NCBI GenBank assembly: GCA_017535105.1 | Contig: JAFXUI010000002.1 | Coordinates: 45,270-109,269, forward strand | DNA: 64,000 bases | Direction of reading: 5' to 3' | DNA from: Alphaproteobacteria bacterium | Lineage (GTDB): Bacteria; Pseudomonadota; Alphaproteobacteria; Rs-D84 | In this document: piece by piece, positions 9,458 through 19,894 of the stretch | Position numbering within the stretch: position 1 is the first letter of the stretch | How the letters are laid out: each line of letters starts with the position of its first letter | Translations under genes and position numbers: made by a program | The notes under the pieces: model-generated | Told to the model about the DNA's origin: nothing | What the model saw: the letters and a program-made list of their open reading frames with translations, nothing else | Database searches by the model: none

Positions 9458-11445
9458 TACCAAATTTTTACGCGTTTATCGGGCGCGATATACATTTTGT
9501 CGCTTTCGGTTATGCCAAATGCGTCATACCATGCGTTTATTTGTGGCAATATGCCGTTCACACGATTGCGTGCCAATGAATGCACATCAACCTTGGTCAA
9601 GCGCAGTTTTTCATCTTCGCGAATATTTCCCGCCCATACGCCAGCGTATGCGATAAAGAAACGCATATCTGGGGTCAAATCAAATGCCGTATTTGATGGT
9701 GTGCCAAAGTTTTTATATGCGGTATAAGATACTGTCACACCACCATAGTCCGCCAAGTTTTCGCCCAGTGTAAATTCACCGTTTGCATGAATGCCCGGGG
9801 CGATTTCGATTTTGTCGAAAAAGTCACGTAATACATTTGCTTGTTTTACAAAGTTTTCAGCGTCCGCGGCGGTCCACCAATCGCGCAGGTTCCCGTTTGC
9901 GTCAAACTGGCGACCCTGGTCATCAAAGCCGTGGGTCATTTCGTGGCCAATTACCGCGCCAATCGCGCCATAGTTAAATGCGTCATCGGCGTCCATATCA
10001 AAAAATGGATATTGTAAAATTCCCGCAGGGAAACAAATTTCGTTCGTTGATGGGTCGTAATAGGCGTTCACTTCGTGCGCGTTCATATACCAAAGTGATG
10101 GATCTTTTTCTTTGCCTATTTTTTCCAACCAGAAATTATCTTCGAATTTGGAAACGTTCGCCATATTTTCCCATAATGACGCGTTTTCATCGATTTTCAT
10201 TTTGGAATAGTCGCGCCATTTTTCTGGATATCCTATTTTCGCGTGGAACTTGGACAATTTTTCCAGTGCGCGCGACTTGGTTTCATCACTCATCCAGTCC
10301 AGATTTTCAATACGCATGCCCAATGCGCGTTGCAGATTTTTTACTAATTTTTCCATACGCGATTTTGCCGCGGCTGAAAAATATTTTTTTACATACAGAC
10401 GACCAATCTCTTCGCCAAGTGAACCGTCCAGCATCGCAACCGCACGTTTCCAGCGTGGTTTTGGTTCCGGTTGTCCAGCCAAGAATCGATTATAAAAATC
10501 AAATGTTATATCATATGTTGCATCGTCCAGTAATGCGTCAGATGCACGAAGAATGCGCCATTTAAGATATGTTTTAATCAAATCAAAGTCGGTATCATGC
10601 ATAATTTTAATTGATTCTGTGATTGCTTCGGGTTGATTGATATTTATGAATTCTGCGGCCGAAGCACCACGTGCCGACAAATACGCGTCCCAATCAAAAC
10701 CTGGGAATTGTTCACGAATTTGTTGAATTGGCATTTTGTGATAGTTCGCATGTGGATCGCGTAATTTTTCCTTTGGATAAAAAGATTTCGCCATACGTTC
10801 TTCTAGTTTATATAATTTGTCAGCAGAAACAGGCACGCCAAAATTCTTCATTTGTTTTTCAATAAACTTTTTGTATTCAGCGCGTGTTTTAACCGATTTT
10901 TCATCAGTGTCGAAATAATAATCACGTGACAGACCAAGTCCGCCCTGGCCAATGTTATAAATGTAGTGGTCGCTGTCCATTTCGTCCAAGGCGACACCAT
11001 CACCCCAAAATGCCGATATAAATGTGTGCACCTTGCCCAAATATGCTGGTAAATCATCTGCCGATTTCAATTCGTCAATTTCGTTCAAGTATTTTGCAAC
11101 TGGTGCGGTTTTATCGGCATTTAATTTGTCGGCGTTCATAGCAACGCGATACAATGTGCCGATTTTACCGTTGTCGTTTTCGGCAATTTCACGCACGCGT
11201 TCCAGATTTGTATTGCGCAAAACATCAAAAGAACCGTACCGTGTATAATCGTCTGGGATCGGGTTTTTGACCGCCCAACCGCGTGTGGCGTATGCATAAA
11301 AGTCATTGCCCGGTTGCACCGCCAAATCCATATTTTCAAGTTTTATCCCAGCGTCCATATTTTTCCCCTTTGTCATATATACGGCACATGCAGTTGCAAT
11401 AACAACCGCGCAAATGCCGAAAAAGTTTAATATTTTGTGTTCCAT
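9457..11445 (-). CDS. pepO: M13-family zinc metalloendopeptidase (PepO/neprilysin-like), membrane-anchored
   Basis: VIGHEMTHGFD HExxH motif and ENLADYGG downstream motif; N-terminal hydrophobic anchor; 662 aa. Confidence 0.85.
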   Translation of the reverse strand: MEHKILNFFGICAVVIATACAVYMTKGKNMDAGIKLENMDLAVQPGNDFYAYATRGWAVKNPIPDDYTRYGSFDVLRNTNLERVREIAENDNGKIGTLYRVAMNADKLNADKTAPVAKYLNEIDELKSADDLPAYLGKVHTFISAFWGDGVALDEMDSDHYIYNIGQGGLGLSRDYYFDTDEKSVKTRAEYKKFIEKQMKNFGVPVSADKLYKLEERMAKSFYPKEKLRDPHANYHKMPIQQIREQFPGFDWDAYLSARGASAAEFININQPEAITESIKIMHDTDFDLIKTYLKWRILRASDALLDDATYDITFDFYNRFLAGQPEPKPRWKRAVAMLDGSLGEEIGRLYVKKYFSAAAKSRMEKLVKNLQRALGMRIENLDWMSDETKSRALEKLSKFHAKIGYPEKWRDYSKMKIDENASLWENMANVSKFEDNFWLEKIGKEKDPSLWYMNAHEVNAYYDPSTNEICFPAGILQYPFFDMDADDAFNYGAIGAVIGHEMTHGFDDQGRQFDANGNLRDWWTAADAENFVKQANVLRDFFDKIEIAPGIHANGEFTLGENLADYGGVTVSYTAYKNFGTPSNTAFDLTPDMRFFIAYAGVWAGNIREDEKLRLTKVDVHSLARNRVNGILPQINAWYDAFGITESDKMYIAPDKRVKIW

Positions 11446-11454
11446 AAAAATTCT

Positions 11455-12534
11455 CTAGTTTATTATGTTCACCAACAAATCGTCCAAAACCAGTATTCCA
11501 CGGTCGGTGGCAACCAAACGGTCGCCGCACGTAATCACAAGTTCTGGGTGTTCGTTTATGTATTCTTTATTTAGCACATTTAAAATATCTTTTGCAAGCA
11601 ATACACCACGCGCGGTGCGCAGGCCCGTTATAACGCGTTCAACAGCGCGCGATTTTGTCGACATTGGTTCAAATTTTTCGTTGTTCCCCAATTGTTCGTA
11701 CCAAGTATCATTCATAAACACACGACCTGCCGCACCACGTCCCAAACCAATGTATGGGTCGCCGTCCCAAACGTTTTGATTGTGTGTGCACTCAAAGCCA
11801 GGCGCGGCATAATTAGAAACTTCGTACCTTGGCAAATCCAAAGTGTTTGATATTGTGGTGTACATTTCGGCCATTTCATCGTTTGTCGGCATATTCAGAT
11901 TCATCTTGCCAAATGGGGTTGTTGGTTCAATCGTCAATTCATACATTGAACAATGCGTAAGATTCAATTTATTTATATCACGACATAACTGTTCAACCGT
12001 TTTTGATGTATGGCCCGGCAAACCGTAAATAAAGTCCGCAGATACTTGAATCCCCGCGTTCTGTGCCGTTTCCAGTAATTTTAGTGCGGTACGAACATCG
12101 TGACGACGACCCATAAAAGATAATTCGTCATCATTTAATGATTGTACCCCAATAGACAGGCGATTTACGCCATTTGTAATAAACTCGGTCAATCGTGCGC
12201 CGTCCAGTGTCCCCGGGTTTGATTCAAGTGTGATTTCCGCGTTTGGTAAAACATCAAATTGTTCGTGCAAACGTTCGATAATCTGGGCAAAATATTTTGT
12301 CGGCATCAGTGACGGTGTACCACCACCAAAAAATATTGTTGGAACGGAAATCTTGCCCAGGGTTGTAGACCAGACGTCAATTTCCGCCAAAATACCACGC
12401 GTATATGTTTCCCAATCGGGTGCGGCACAGGCTTGACTGAAAAACGCGCAATAATTGCACTTTGACAGGCAAAAAGGTACGTGAATATAAATGTTATGGG
12501 CATTCATCATTGTACGGGTATTGTACCCAGACAT
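11455..12534 (-). CDS. hemW: radical-SAM HemW/HemN-like protein (oxygen-independent coproporphyrinogen oxidase family / heme chaperone)
   Basis: CLSKCNYCAF CxxxCxxC cluster at the N-terminus; GGGTPS motif; 359 aa, typical of HemW. Confidence 0.8.
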   Translation of the reverse strand: MSGYNTRTMMNAHNIYIHVPFCLSKCNYCAFFSQACAAPDWETYTRGILAEIDVWSTTLGKISVPTIFFGGGTPSLMPTKYFAQIIERLHEQFDVLPNAEITLESNPGTLDGARLTEFITNGVNRLSIGVQSLNDDELSFMGRRHDVRTALKLLETAQNAGIQVSADFIYGLPGHTSKTVEQLCRDINKLNLTHCSMYELTIEPTTPFGKMNLNMPTNDEMAEMYTTISNTLDLPRYEVSNYAAPGFECTHNQNVWDGDPYIGLGRGAAGRVFMNDTWYEQLGNNEKFEPMSTKSRAVERVITGLRTARGVLLAKDILNVLNKEYINEHPELVITCGDRLVATDRGILVLDDLLVNIIN

Positions 12535-12573
12535 ACTTTCGGTGCAAGAAATAAATGAAAACGCTTTTTTGGT

Positions 12574-12594
12574 GGCCTTTTTTATGATATAATA
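12574..12594 (+). promoter_or_regulatory. GGCCTTTTTTATGATATAATA promoter element (extended -10), identical copy at 27106-27126
   Basis: 21-nt exact repeat upstream of two OMP paralog genes; contains TGATATAAT. Confidence 0.5.
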
Positions 12595-12610
12595 GAATGT
12601 AATAATAGGG

Positions 12611-14137
12611 ATGAAAACGGGAGAAATCGCATTTTTGGCGGCTTTTTTGGCACCTTTTGCGGCGTTTGCTGTAAATGAAGGGGTGCCGTCATACTATCAA
12701 ACGGCCCCAGTAATGTCGGCAAATCGTGCCGCGTATGGTCAATATTCCAATATGGGCTATACCCAATATGTCGGCCAGTCGGGCCAAAAGCAAATTGTCG
12801 GAACAAACACATATACGTACCAGGTGCCACGCCCGAAAAACCCTGTATTAGATAACACTTCGGCGGTATTGTCGAATGGCACGTATGTTGGTGCGGCAAA
12901 TGGTACTTTTACGGCAAATGGTATGGCGTTGCCAATGGAAAGTGAACCTGCAACAACAATGTACGCCGGATTTTCACGTAGATTTTCTGATTTCCAATTC
13001 AAGACGGGTGTGAATTCGATTCTTGAATGGGACGATATGATTTTCAACGAAGTTAATGTTGGAATCCAGCATAATTTTGCGTTGCGTAATTTTGATTTGT
13101 TTGCATATGCAGATTATTCGTACGGCGAAATGGAATCGGGCGGTTTGTCAATGGACTATGACTTGGAACCATACGATTGGGCCGATGAAAGATATGGTAT
13201 ATTTACAATTTCAATGGGCGACCAAGCGGGCCGTTCAAATCATTTACGTTTGGGAATTGGCGCACATCATATTTGGGATATTGGCGGTTGGAAATTATCA
13301 CCATCAATCGGGTACGAAGTGTTTAAGCATAACTTGAAAATGTCCAACCATTTGTACCCGAATCCTGGAATTTATTTGCCGTTGATGGCGACCAGTGGTG
13401 ACTATGTATATGGTGACGAACAGGGGTATTATTACACATTGCCAACCGATGTTGCGCCCCAGTCAGATTGGTACCAGGTTTGTATGGCACCCGAAGATAT
13501 CAAACTGGTTGATTCTTCGACCCCGTATGCAGTGTTGGGCGAAAACTTTACAATGACCGAATATACGCCCAGTATGGAATATGTACCATGGGGTGTGTAT
13601 GGTGGCGAATGTATTATTATCGGTGGTGATGGCCCAATTTTGGTTGATGGCACAACGCATATTTATAACACAACTTGGTCGGGATTCTATGTTGGTCTGG
13701 AAATTGAAAAACAGATGACGTTGGCGGATAAATTGCGCTTCTATGTTCAGTTTGGCTTGCCAAAGTATTCCGCCGAAGGTATTTGGCCAAATCGTGAAGA
13801 TTGGCAACAGAACCCAAGTTTCCTTGACGAAGGTGATAATGGCGCATATTCATATATGGCGGAAATGGAATATGATTTGAAATTGTCAAATCGTTTACAG
13901 TTGGCATTAAAGGTTGATACGAATTATTTCCATGTTGGAAAAATTGGTGGTGAATTGTATGTCGCATCGTATGGTCAATACCTTATTGATGAAGCAACCG
14001 GTCAATATATCGTTGATCAAAATGGTAACCCAATTTATGAAACGGTTGCTGCGCATACAGAACCTGTGACGGAATCTCTGAAAGAAGCCAATTGGCAATC
14101 TTTTGGAATTCATCTTGGTGTTAAATACGCGTTTTAA
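12611..14137 (+). CDS. outer-membrane beta-barrel protein (C-terminal ...GVKYAF)
   Basis: Signal peptide; Gly/Tyr-rich alternating strands; C-terminal aromatic residue typical of BAM substrates. Confidence 0.6.
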   Translation: MKTGEIAFLAAFLAPFAAFAVNEGVPSYYQTAPVMSANRAAYGQYSNMGYTQYVGQSGQKQIVGTNTYTYQVPRPKNPVLDNTSAVLSNGTYVGAANGTFTANGMALPMESEPATTMYAGFSRRFSDFQFKTGVNSILEWDDMIFNEVNVGIQHNFALRNFDLFAYADYSYGEMESGGLSMDYDLEPYDWADERYGIFTISMGDQAGRSNHLRLGIGAHHIWDIGGWKLSPSIGYEVFKHNLKMSNHLYPNPGIYLPLMATSGDYVYGDEQGYYYTLPTDVAPQSDWYQVCMAPEDIKLVDSSTPYAVLGENFTMTEYTPSMEYVPWGVYGGECIIIGGDGPILVDGTTHIYNTTWSGFYVGLEIEKQMTLADKLRFYVQFGLPKYSAEGIWPNREDWQQNPSFLDEGDNGAYSYMAEMEYDLKLSNRLQLALKVDTNYFHVGKIGGELYVASYGQYLIDEATGQYIVDQNGNPIYETVAAHTEPVTESLKEANWQSFGIHLGVKYAF

Positions 14138-14151
14138 TACGGGGGATTCCC

Positions 14152-15201
14152 ATGAATTTCAAATCTGTCTTTCGCATTGTCTTGGCGGTGGCGTTATGTA
14201 TGCCAAACCAATCACGTGCGGACGAGGGCAAGTTTGATATGGTGCGCTGGGAATCGATTTTGGACGGCGTACGCAGTCGCGCGGCATCTGAAAATATTTC
14301 CCAGGCAACAATTGACGATACTTTACGTATGCCGGTGTTTGTTCCATCGGTTGTTAAAAGCGATAAAAACCAATCAGAATTCAAATTATCGTTAAATGAA
14401 TACTTGGACCGTACTGTAAATCAAAAACGTATCGAAAATGGCAAAAAAATGCGCGTACGGTACCCGACAATGTTATCGCGTGTTGAACATGCCTATGGTG
14501 TGCCACCGCACGTTATTTTGGCGTTTTGGGGTATGGAATCGAATTATGGCGAAGTAAAGTCGCGTCATAAACTGACCAATGCTTTTTTGTCGTTGATGTA
14601 TGACGGACGGCGCGAAACATTTTTTACAAATCAACTTATTGCGCTTATGAAAATTGCCGATAAAAATAAATTAAATATAAACGATATTCGTGGCAGTTGG
14701 GCCGGCGCGATGGGGCATTTTCAGTTTATTCCAACAACACTTGCGCAATACGGTGTTGACGGAAATGGCGACAAACGTATCGATATTATCGGCAGTGTCG
14801 GTGATGCAATGTTCAGTGCCGGGAATTATTTAAGCAAACTGGGCTGGAACGAAAACGAACGTATTGCACGGCGCGTTGTTTTGCCAGCGGACTTTGATAC
14901 ATCGTTATTAAAAGGTGATGTGAAAAAACCACTTTCCGAATGGGCGGCGATGGGTGTTGTAAATCCAGATGGTTCACCAATTCCGACAAATGATATGGTG
15001 GCGGGTTTGGTTGGTGATGTGGCGGCGATAAATGCGGCACGTGAAACGGCGGTGGCAAGTGAATCGCCCGATACAGATGTTGCGCCAATGCCAGTTATTA
15101 CAGCATATTTAGCATATCCAAATTTCTATCGTATTAAAAAGTGGAACAGTTCCAACTGGTACGCAATTGCAATTGCAGAATTGTCTGATAAATTGAAATA
15201 A
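14152..15201 (+). CDS. lytic murein transglycosylase (MltB/Slt family)
   Basis: Signal peptide; conserved GMESNYG and SWAGAMGHFQFIPTT motifs of the family-3 lytic transglycosylases. Confidence 0.75.
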   Translation: MNFKSVFRIVLAVALCMPNQSRADEGKFDMVRWESILDGVRSRAASENISQATIDDTLRMPVFVPSVVKSDKNQSEFKLSLNEYLDRTVNQKRIENGKKMRVRYPTMLSRVEHAYGVPPHVILAFWGMESNYGEVKSRHKLTNAFLSLMYDGRRETFFTNQLIALMKIADKNKLNINDIRGSWAGAMGHFQFIPTTLAQYGVDGNGDKRIDIIGSVGDAMFSAGNYLSKLGWNENERIARRVVLPADFDTSLLKGDVKKPLSEWAAMGVVNPDGSPIPTNDMVAGLVGDVAAINAARETAVASESPDTDVAPMPVITAYLAYPNFYRIKKWNSSNWYAIAIAELSDKLK

Positions 15202-15204
15202 AAA

Positions 15205-16074
15205 CTAATTCCGTTTACGCATTGCGGCCCGTATTTTACGGGTCAATTTTTTGCCACCATTTTCATTACAATGGTCTGGTGAATCAAAATCATCATCTGT
15301 AAAGTCAGAATCATGTTGAAGGTTGAAAAGTTTTACATCGGTATTGTTTTTCAGAAAATCAAACAATTCATGATAAACAACTTCATCGACGGGCAACGCG
15401 TTTAAATAGTCGGCACGATATGGTGGCAAAACTACGTACAATTTGTGATTTTTCTTGCGTGCCAGTTTGGCAATTTTATCCAAATATTGTATTTGATTGT
15501 TGTTGCGCAGAGTGTTTTTAATATGTTTTTGTGCCAATTCTTGTGCAGATTCATTATGGTGTACATTGTAAGTTGACTTGCCACGAAAATCAGACGGACA
15601 TACAAAACCACAAAGTTGGTTTTCAATAGCGTCTAAAAAGAAAGAATCGTTCACAGGTAATGGAAAAGCATAATCTATGTCATATAATTTCTTGTACGGA
15701 ATTGTATTACGCCATTCTCGTGTTTTTTTCAGTTGCAGACCGGCATGAAACACCGACCAAAATACAATTATGTTTTTCAAATTTTTGCCATTGTGCTTTG
15801 TGACGTATTTATACAAATGCCAAATACGATACAAATCCAACGATGAATTTGATAAATTGAAATCGGTTTTCCCGGGAACAAAACCATCACGTCCGTGTGA
15901 TGAGCCCAATATCAAGTTTTCCAGATTGTCGCAATGTGTTGCGCCCATATACTTCATAATGTGATATGTAAAATCCGGTGTTTTGACGTGTTTTTTATAG
16001 GACAGAATAGGTATCCCACAAAAATAGATTTTTCTGTGGCCGTCCAGTTCACGAACTTTATGAAACAGTTTCAT
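15205..16074 (-). CDS. hypothetical protein, AT-rich (about 36% GC); possible SGNH/DltD-like hydrolase fold (C-terminal D..H)
   Basis: 289-aa ORF; GSSHG near the N-terminus and DSPDHCNENGG near the C-terminus loosely resemble SGNH blocks I and V; composition differs from neighbouring genes. Confidence 0.4.
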   Translation of the reverse strand: MKLFHKVRELDGHRKIYFCGIPILSYKKHVKTPDFTYHIMKYMGATHCDNLENLILGSSHGRDGFVPGKTDFNLSNSSLDLYRIWHLYKYVTKHNGKNLKNIIVFWSVFHAGLQLKKTREWRNTIPYKKLYDIDYAFPLPVNDSFFLDAIENQLCGFVCPSDFRGKSTYNVHHNESAQELAQKHIKNTLRNNNQIQYLDKIAKLARKKNHKLYVVLPPYRADYLNALPVDEVVYHELFDFLKNNTDVKLFNLQHDSDFTDDDFDSPDHCNENGGKKLTRKIRAAMRKRN

Positions 16075-16225
16075 GTAATATCCTTAGATATGTGATATTT
16101 TAAATTAAACAAATGTCTATTCACAGCAAAAAATTCGATTTTGTGTAAATAAATAAAAACAATTGAAAAATGGGCGTGTTTTTGCTACTGTGTAGTTAAT
16201 AGTAATATGAATATAAGGATTTCTT

Positions 16226-17194
16226 ATGGCTATCAAGGTTCGTGATTTCGAAGTTCGATTAACCAGAAATAAAGAAGAACGCCGCCAGGTGCGTGCGTTG
16301 CGCTATGCTGTTTTCTGTGAAGAAGAGGGGGCTTTTGCCACCGAAGAACAGAAAAATCTGCGCGAAGAATATGACAGTTTTGACCGCTTTGCCGAATATA
16401 TGGCGGTGTTTCATAATGGTGTGGTTGTCGGTTGCTATCGTATCATAGATCGCGAGGCTGCCGAAAAAATGGGACGTTTCTATACCGAAGGCGAATTCAA
16501 TATTTCCAAGATAAAAAAAGTTCGTGGTAATATCGCCGAAATGTCACGCGCGTGCGTGGATCCGGCATATCGTGAAAATGCGCTGGTTATGCGTTTGCTG
16601 TGGGCGGGGTTGTCGGAATATGTATTGCGCCGCAAGGTACGTGTTTTGTTCGGTGTTGCGTCTTGGGTTGGCCAAAAACCGGGACTGTCGGCACATGCGA
16701 TTTCATATTTATACTATCATCATTTGGCACCGGCACGTTTGCGCGCAACAGTGTTGACGGAAAATTTCCACGAAAGTATAAATCCAGAATTGTCGCGCAT
16801 GAACATTATGCCCCAGGCTTTTGTTGATGAAGATGAAGCATTCCGTCAAATGCCACCGTTGGTAAAGGGATATCTGCGCGTTGGTGCCGATTTTGGTAAG
16901 GGTGTTTTTGTTGATAAAAGTTTCAATACATATGATGTGTTTGTGACACTGCAAACTAGAAACATCAGTGCAACATATCAAAAACATTTCTTGGGTCGTG
17001 AAAACGCGTTGTCTGATTTAGATGTTGATATTGATGATGGTGCGGTAAAAACACTTGGCAAAATCGTATTGTTCCCAGTGACCGGACCATTAAAAATCTT
17101 GGGTTCGTTGGTGCGATTTGTGTTACGTGAAGATGCAGATGACGCAGAATATGTCGAAGATAGTGCAAAAGAAAACGATACAGATGCGGATTAG
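16226..17194 (+). CDS. olsB: GNAT-fold N-acyltransferase of the OlsB/hemolysin-like family (ornithine/amino-acid lipid synthesis)
   Basis: Acetyltransf_5-like N-terminal half; immediately followed by a PlsC-family acyltransferase, as in olsBA operons. Confidence 0.6.
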   Translation: MAIKVRDFEVRLTRNKEERRQVRALRYAVFCEEEGAFATEEQKNLREEYDSFDRFAEYMAVFHNGVVVGCYRIIDREAAEKMGRFYTEGEFNISKIKKVRGNIAEMSRACVDPAYRENALVMRLLWAGLSEYVLRRKVRVLFGVASWVGQKPGLSAHAISYLYYHHLAPARLRATVLTENFHESINPELSRMNIMPQAFVDEDEAFRQMPPLVKGYLRVGADFGKGVFVDKSFNTYDVFVTLQTRNISATYQKHFLGRENALSDLDVDIDDGAVKTLGKIVLFPVTGPLKILGSLVRFVLREDADDAEYVEDSAKENDTDAD

Positions 17195-17199
17195 TTAAA

Positions 17200-18027
17200 A
17201 TGGCGGTACGTAAGCAAAATATTTTCAATACAATTACTGGTGGTATTCGTATGGGGTTGTTTTGGATAATGGTTGTTATCCAAACACCAATTATTTTCTT
17301 GTTGCCGACGGGACGCATATCGGTTGCATATATGCGCGTGTTTATGTGGTTCTTGAAAATTATATCGGGAATAAAAATTCGTGTTCACGGCAAAATAACG
17401 ACCAAGCGTCCGGTATTGGTCGTATCAAATCATATTTCAGTGTTTGAAATTGCAATGTTCCCGGTGGCTTTTGGGGGCAGTTTAATTGCCAAGAAAGAAG
17501 TTGCCAGTTGGCCAATCGTTGGTTGGGTCGCAAAAAAGTTTGGCGTGATTTTTGTCGATCGTAACCCATCAACTGCGGCAACAGCATTGGAAGCGGTACA
17601 AAAAACGTTGGCGAATATTAAATATCCATTGTTTGTGTTTCCAGAGGGTACAACAACAAACGGCGCGTATGTTAAACAGTTTAAAAGTGCGTTGTTTAAT
17701 GTCATAGAAGGAACCAATATTCCAGTTCAGCCCGTTGTTGTGAACTATCGTTTTCGTAATGGCGATGTAATTTCGCCCGAAGATATGGCAAATCACTATG
17801 CGTATTTTGATAATAAAAAAATGGAGCAGGGACCATTGGCCGCGCGCGAACGCAGTGCGTTTGGACAACTGTATCATGTTATGATGCTGGGCGGTATGAT
17901 GATTGAAATGACGGTTTTGCCAGTGCCAGATTTAACCGGGTTAAATCGCAAAGAAATCGCAGCCAAACTGGGCGAAATGGTTTCTGAAAAATATATGGAA
18001 TTAAAAGACAAAAAAGCAACAAAGTAA
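17200..18027 (+). CDS. olsA: lysophospholipid (PlsC-family) O-acyltransferase, probable OlsA
   Basis: SNHISVFE (HxxxxD/E) and FPEGTT motifs; N-terminal TM helix; 6 nt after the olsB-like gene. Confidence 0.6.
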   Translation: MAVRKQNIFNTITGGIRMGLFWIMVVIQTPIIFLLPTGRISVAYMRVFMWFLKIISGIKIRVHGKITTKRPVLVVSNHISVFEIAMFPVAFGGSLIAKKEVASWPIVGWVAKKFGVIFVDRNPSTAATALEAVQKTLANIKYPLFVFPEGTTTNGAYVKQFKSALFNVIEGTNIPVQPVVVNYRFRNGDVISPEDMANHYAYFDNKKMEQGPLAARERSAFGQLYHVMMLGGMMIEMTVLPVPDLTGLNRKEIAAKLGEMVSEKYMELKDKKATK

Positions 18028-18037
18028 GAGTAGTAAA

Positions 18038-19474
18038 ATGAAAACAGCAATTACACCAACACGTGCCGAAGACTTTAGTCAGTGGTATCAAAATTTAATC
18101 GTTGCCGCAGATTTGGCGGAAAACGCACCTGTGCGTGGTTGTATGACAATTAAACCGTATGGTTGGGCAATATGGGAACTTATGCGCGATGAAATGGATA
18201 AACGCATCAAAGAATGTGGCGTACAAAATGCGAACTTTCCATTGTTGATTCCAATTGACTATTTTAATCGCGAAGCAGAACACGTTGCGGGCTTTGCGAA
18301 AGAGGCGGCTGTTGTGACCCATTATCGCTTGAAAAAGATTGATGGTAAATTACAACCAGATCCCGAAGCAGAATTAACAGAACCGTATGTTATTCGTCCG
18401 ACATCTGAAACAATTATTGGTGAAGCAATGTCGCGTTGGGTACAATCGTATCGTGATTTGCCAATGAAGTTGAATCAATGGGTGAATGTTATGCGCTGGG
18501 AAATGCGCCCACGTATGTTTTTACGTACGTCCGAATTTAACTGGCAGGAAGGGCACAATGTTTTTGCAACTCACGAAGAAGCAAATGCCGATGCACGTAA
18601 AATGCATCGTGTATATCGTGACTTTATGGAACAAGTTTTGGCAATACCAGTTATCATGGGCGAAAAAACACCCGAAGAAAGATTTGCTGGTGCCGATCAC
18701 ACATATACCACCGAACAGATTATGCAAGATGGCAAGGCATTACAGGCGGGAACATCGCACGATTTGGGACAACATTTTGCAAAATCATTTGGTATTCAAT
18801 TTTTGGGTACCGATGGTAAATTACAGCATGCATGGACTACGTCGTGGGGGACATCAACACGTATGATGGGCGGTCTGTTTATGACACACAGTGACGATGA
18901 TGGTTTGGTGTTGCCACCGGCGGTTGCGCCATATCAAGTGGTGATTATTCCAATTACGCGCGATGAAACAACCGATGTTTTGAATGCTTATGCACATGTG
19001 TTGGCACAGAATTTGCGTGAAAAAGGTGTGCGTGTAATGGTTGATGATTCCGATATGCGTTCGCCAGACAAAATGTGGAAATGGATTAAACGTGGTGTGC
19101 CATTACGTGTTGAGGTTGGTATTCGTGAGGTTGAATCAGATACAATTACCGTGACGCGTCGTGATATTGGTAAAGATTCCAAGAAATCAATGACAGCAGA
19201 CGAATTGATTGAAAATATCCGTCCTATGTTGCAACAGATTCAATCTGATATGTTGGTGGCGGCGCAAAAGCGCAATGCTTCAATGATTCACAGTGTTGGT
19301 AATTTGGACCAATTAGAATCTGCGTTAGAGTCAGGTAAAATCGGATTCTTCCGTATCAAATATGATTTAACGACAAACGAACGCTTTGACGAAATGATTG
19401 AAAAATACAAGATTTCTCGTCGGTGTTTAGATGATAATGATCCAACAATGGTGTTTGTTGCTAAATCTTATTAA
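18038..19474 (+). CDS. proS: prolyl-tRNA synthetase, archaeal/eukaryote-like type (no INS editing domain, C-terminal Tyr)
   Basis: Class II motifs, 478 aa, C-terminal zinc-binding-domain-like region ending ...KSY. Confidence 0.9.
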   Translation: MKTAITPTRAEDFSQWYQNLIVAADLAENAPVRGCMTIKPYGWAIWELMRDEMDKRIKECGVQNANFPLLIPIDYFNREAEHVAGFAKEAAVVTHYRLKKIDGKLQPDPEAELTEPYVIRPTSETIIGEAMSRWVQSYRDLPMKLNQWVNVMRWEMRPRMFLRTSEFNWQEGHNVFATHEEANADARKMHRVYRDFMEQVLAIPVIMGEKTPEERFAGADHTYTTEQIMQDGKALQAGTSHDLGQHFAKSFGIQFLGTDGKLQHAWTTSWGTSTRMMGGLFMTHSDDDGLVLPPAVAPYQVVIIPITRDETTDVLNAYAHVLAQNLREKGVRVMVDDSDMRSPDKMWKWIKRGVPLRVEVGIREVESDTITVTRRDIGKDSKKSMTADELIENIRPMLQQIQSDMLVAAQKRNASMIHSVGNLDQLESALESGKIGFFRIKYDLTTNERFDEMIEKYKISRRCLDDNDPTMVFVAKSY

Positions 19475-19478
19475 AAAA

Positions 19479-19501
19479 CTGGGCGTTGCCCAGTTTTTTT
19501 T
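19479..19501. terminator. bidirectional terminator (ctgggcgttgcccag plus T8)
   Basis: Perfect hairpin with A6 upstream and T8 downstream between convergent proS and the GNAT gene. Confidence 0.65.
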
Positions 19502-19799
19502 ATCGGGTGCGCAACATTCGCACATCATCAAATTCTGGATATCGTTGAAACATATTTTGGGCAATGGGACATATTGGTAACACGTTGCGGTGCTGTTCGC
19601 GGGCAATATTACATACGCATCGTACAAGGTTTAATTCAATATCGCCGTCTTTGTATTCATCATCAACTTCGGTATGGTCAATAATCACAGCGTTTGGACC
19701 CGTTCGTACAAATGTTATTTTGCCGATTGGTTGTCCGTTATAGTACGCATAAAAACCGTTGCCGTTTGGAAAAGGTGTATATGTAATATCATCTGACAT
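19500..19799 (-). CDS. small GNAT-family N-acetyltransferase-like protein (about 99 aa)
   Basis: ATG at 19799 with a GGGGA RBS; size and pattern of the single-domain Acetyltransf_CG-like proteins. Confidence 0.5.
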   Translation of the reverse strand: MSDDITYTPFPNGNGFYAYYNGQPIGKITFVRTGPNAVIIDHTEVDDEYKDGDIELNLVRCVCNIAREQHRNVLPICPIAQNMFQRYPEFDDVRMLRTR

Positions 19800-19894
19800 A
19801 TTTTTCCCCTTTGGGTGCCATTCAATCATACCAGTTTTTTATGCGATATAAATATGATTGAATGCCGAAAAAATGGGGCGTTTGCCCCATTTGA

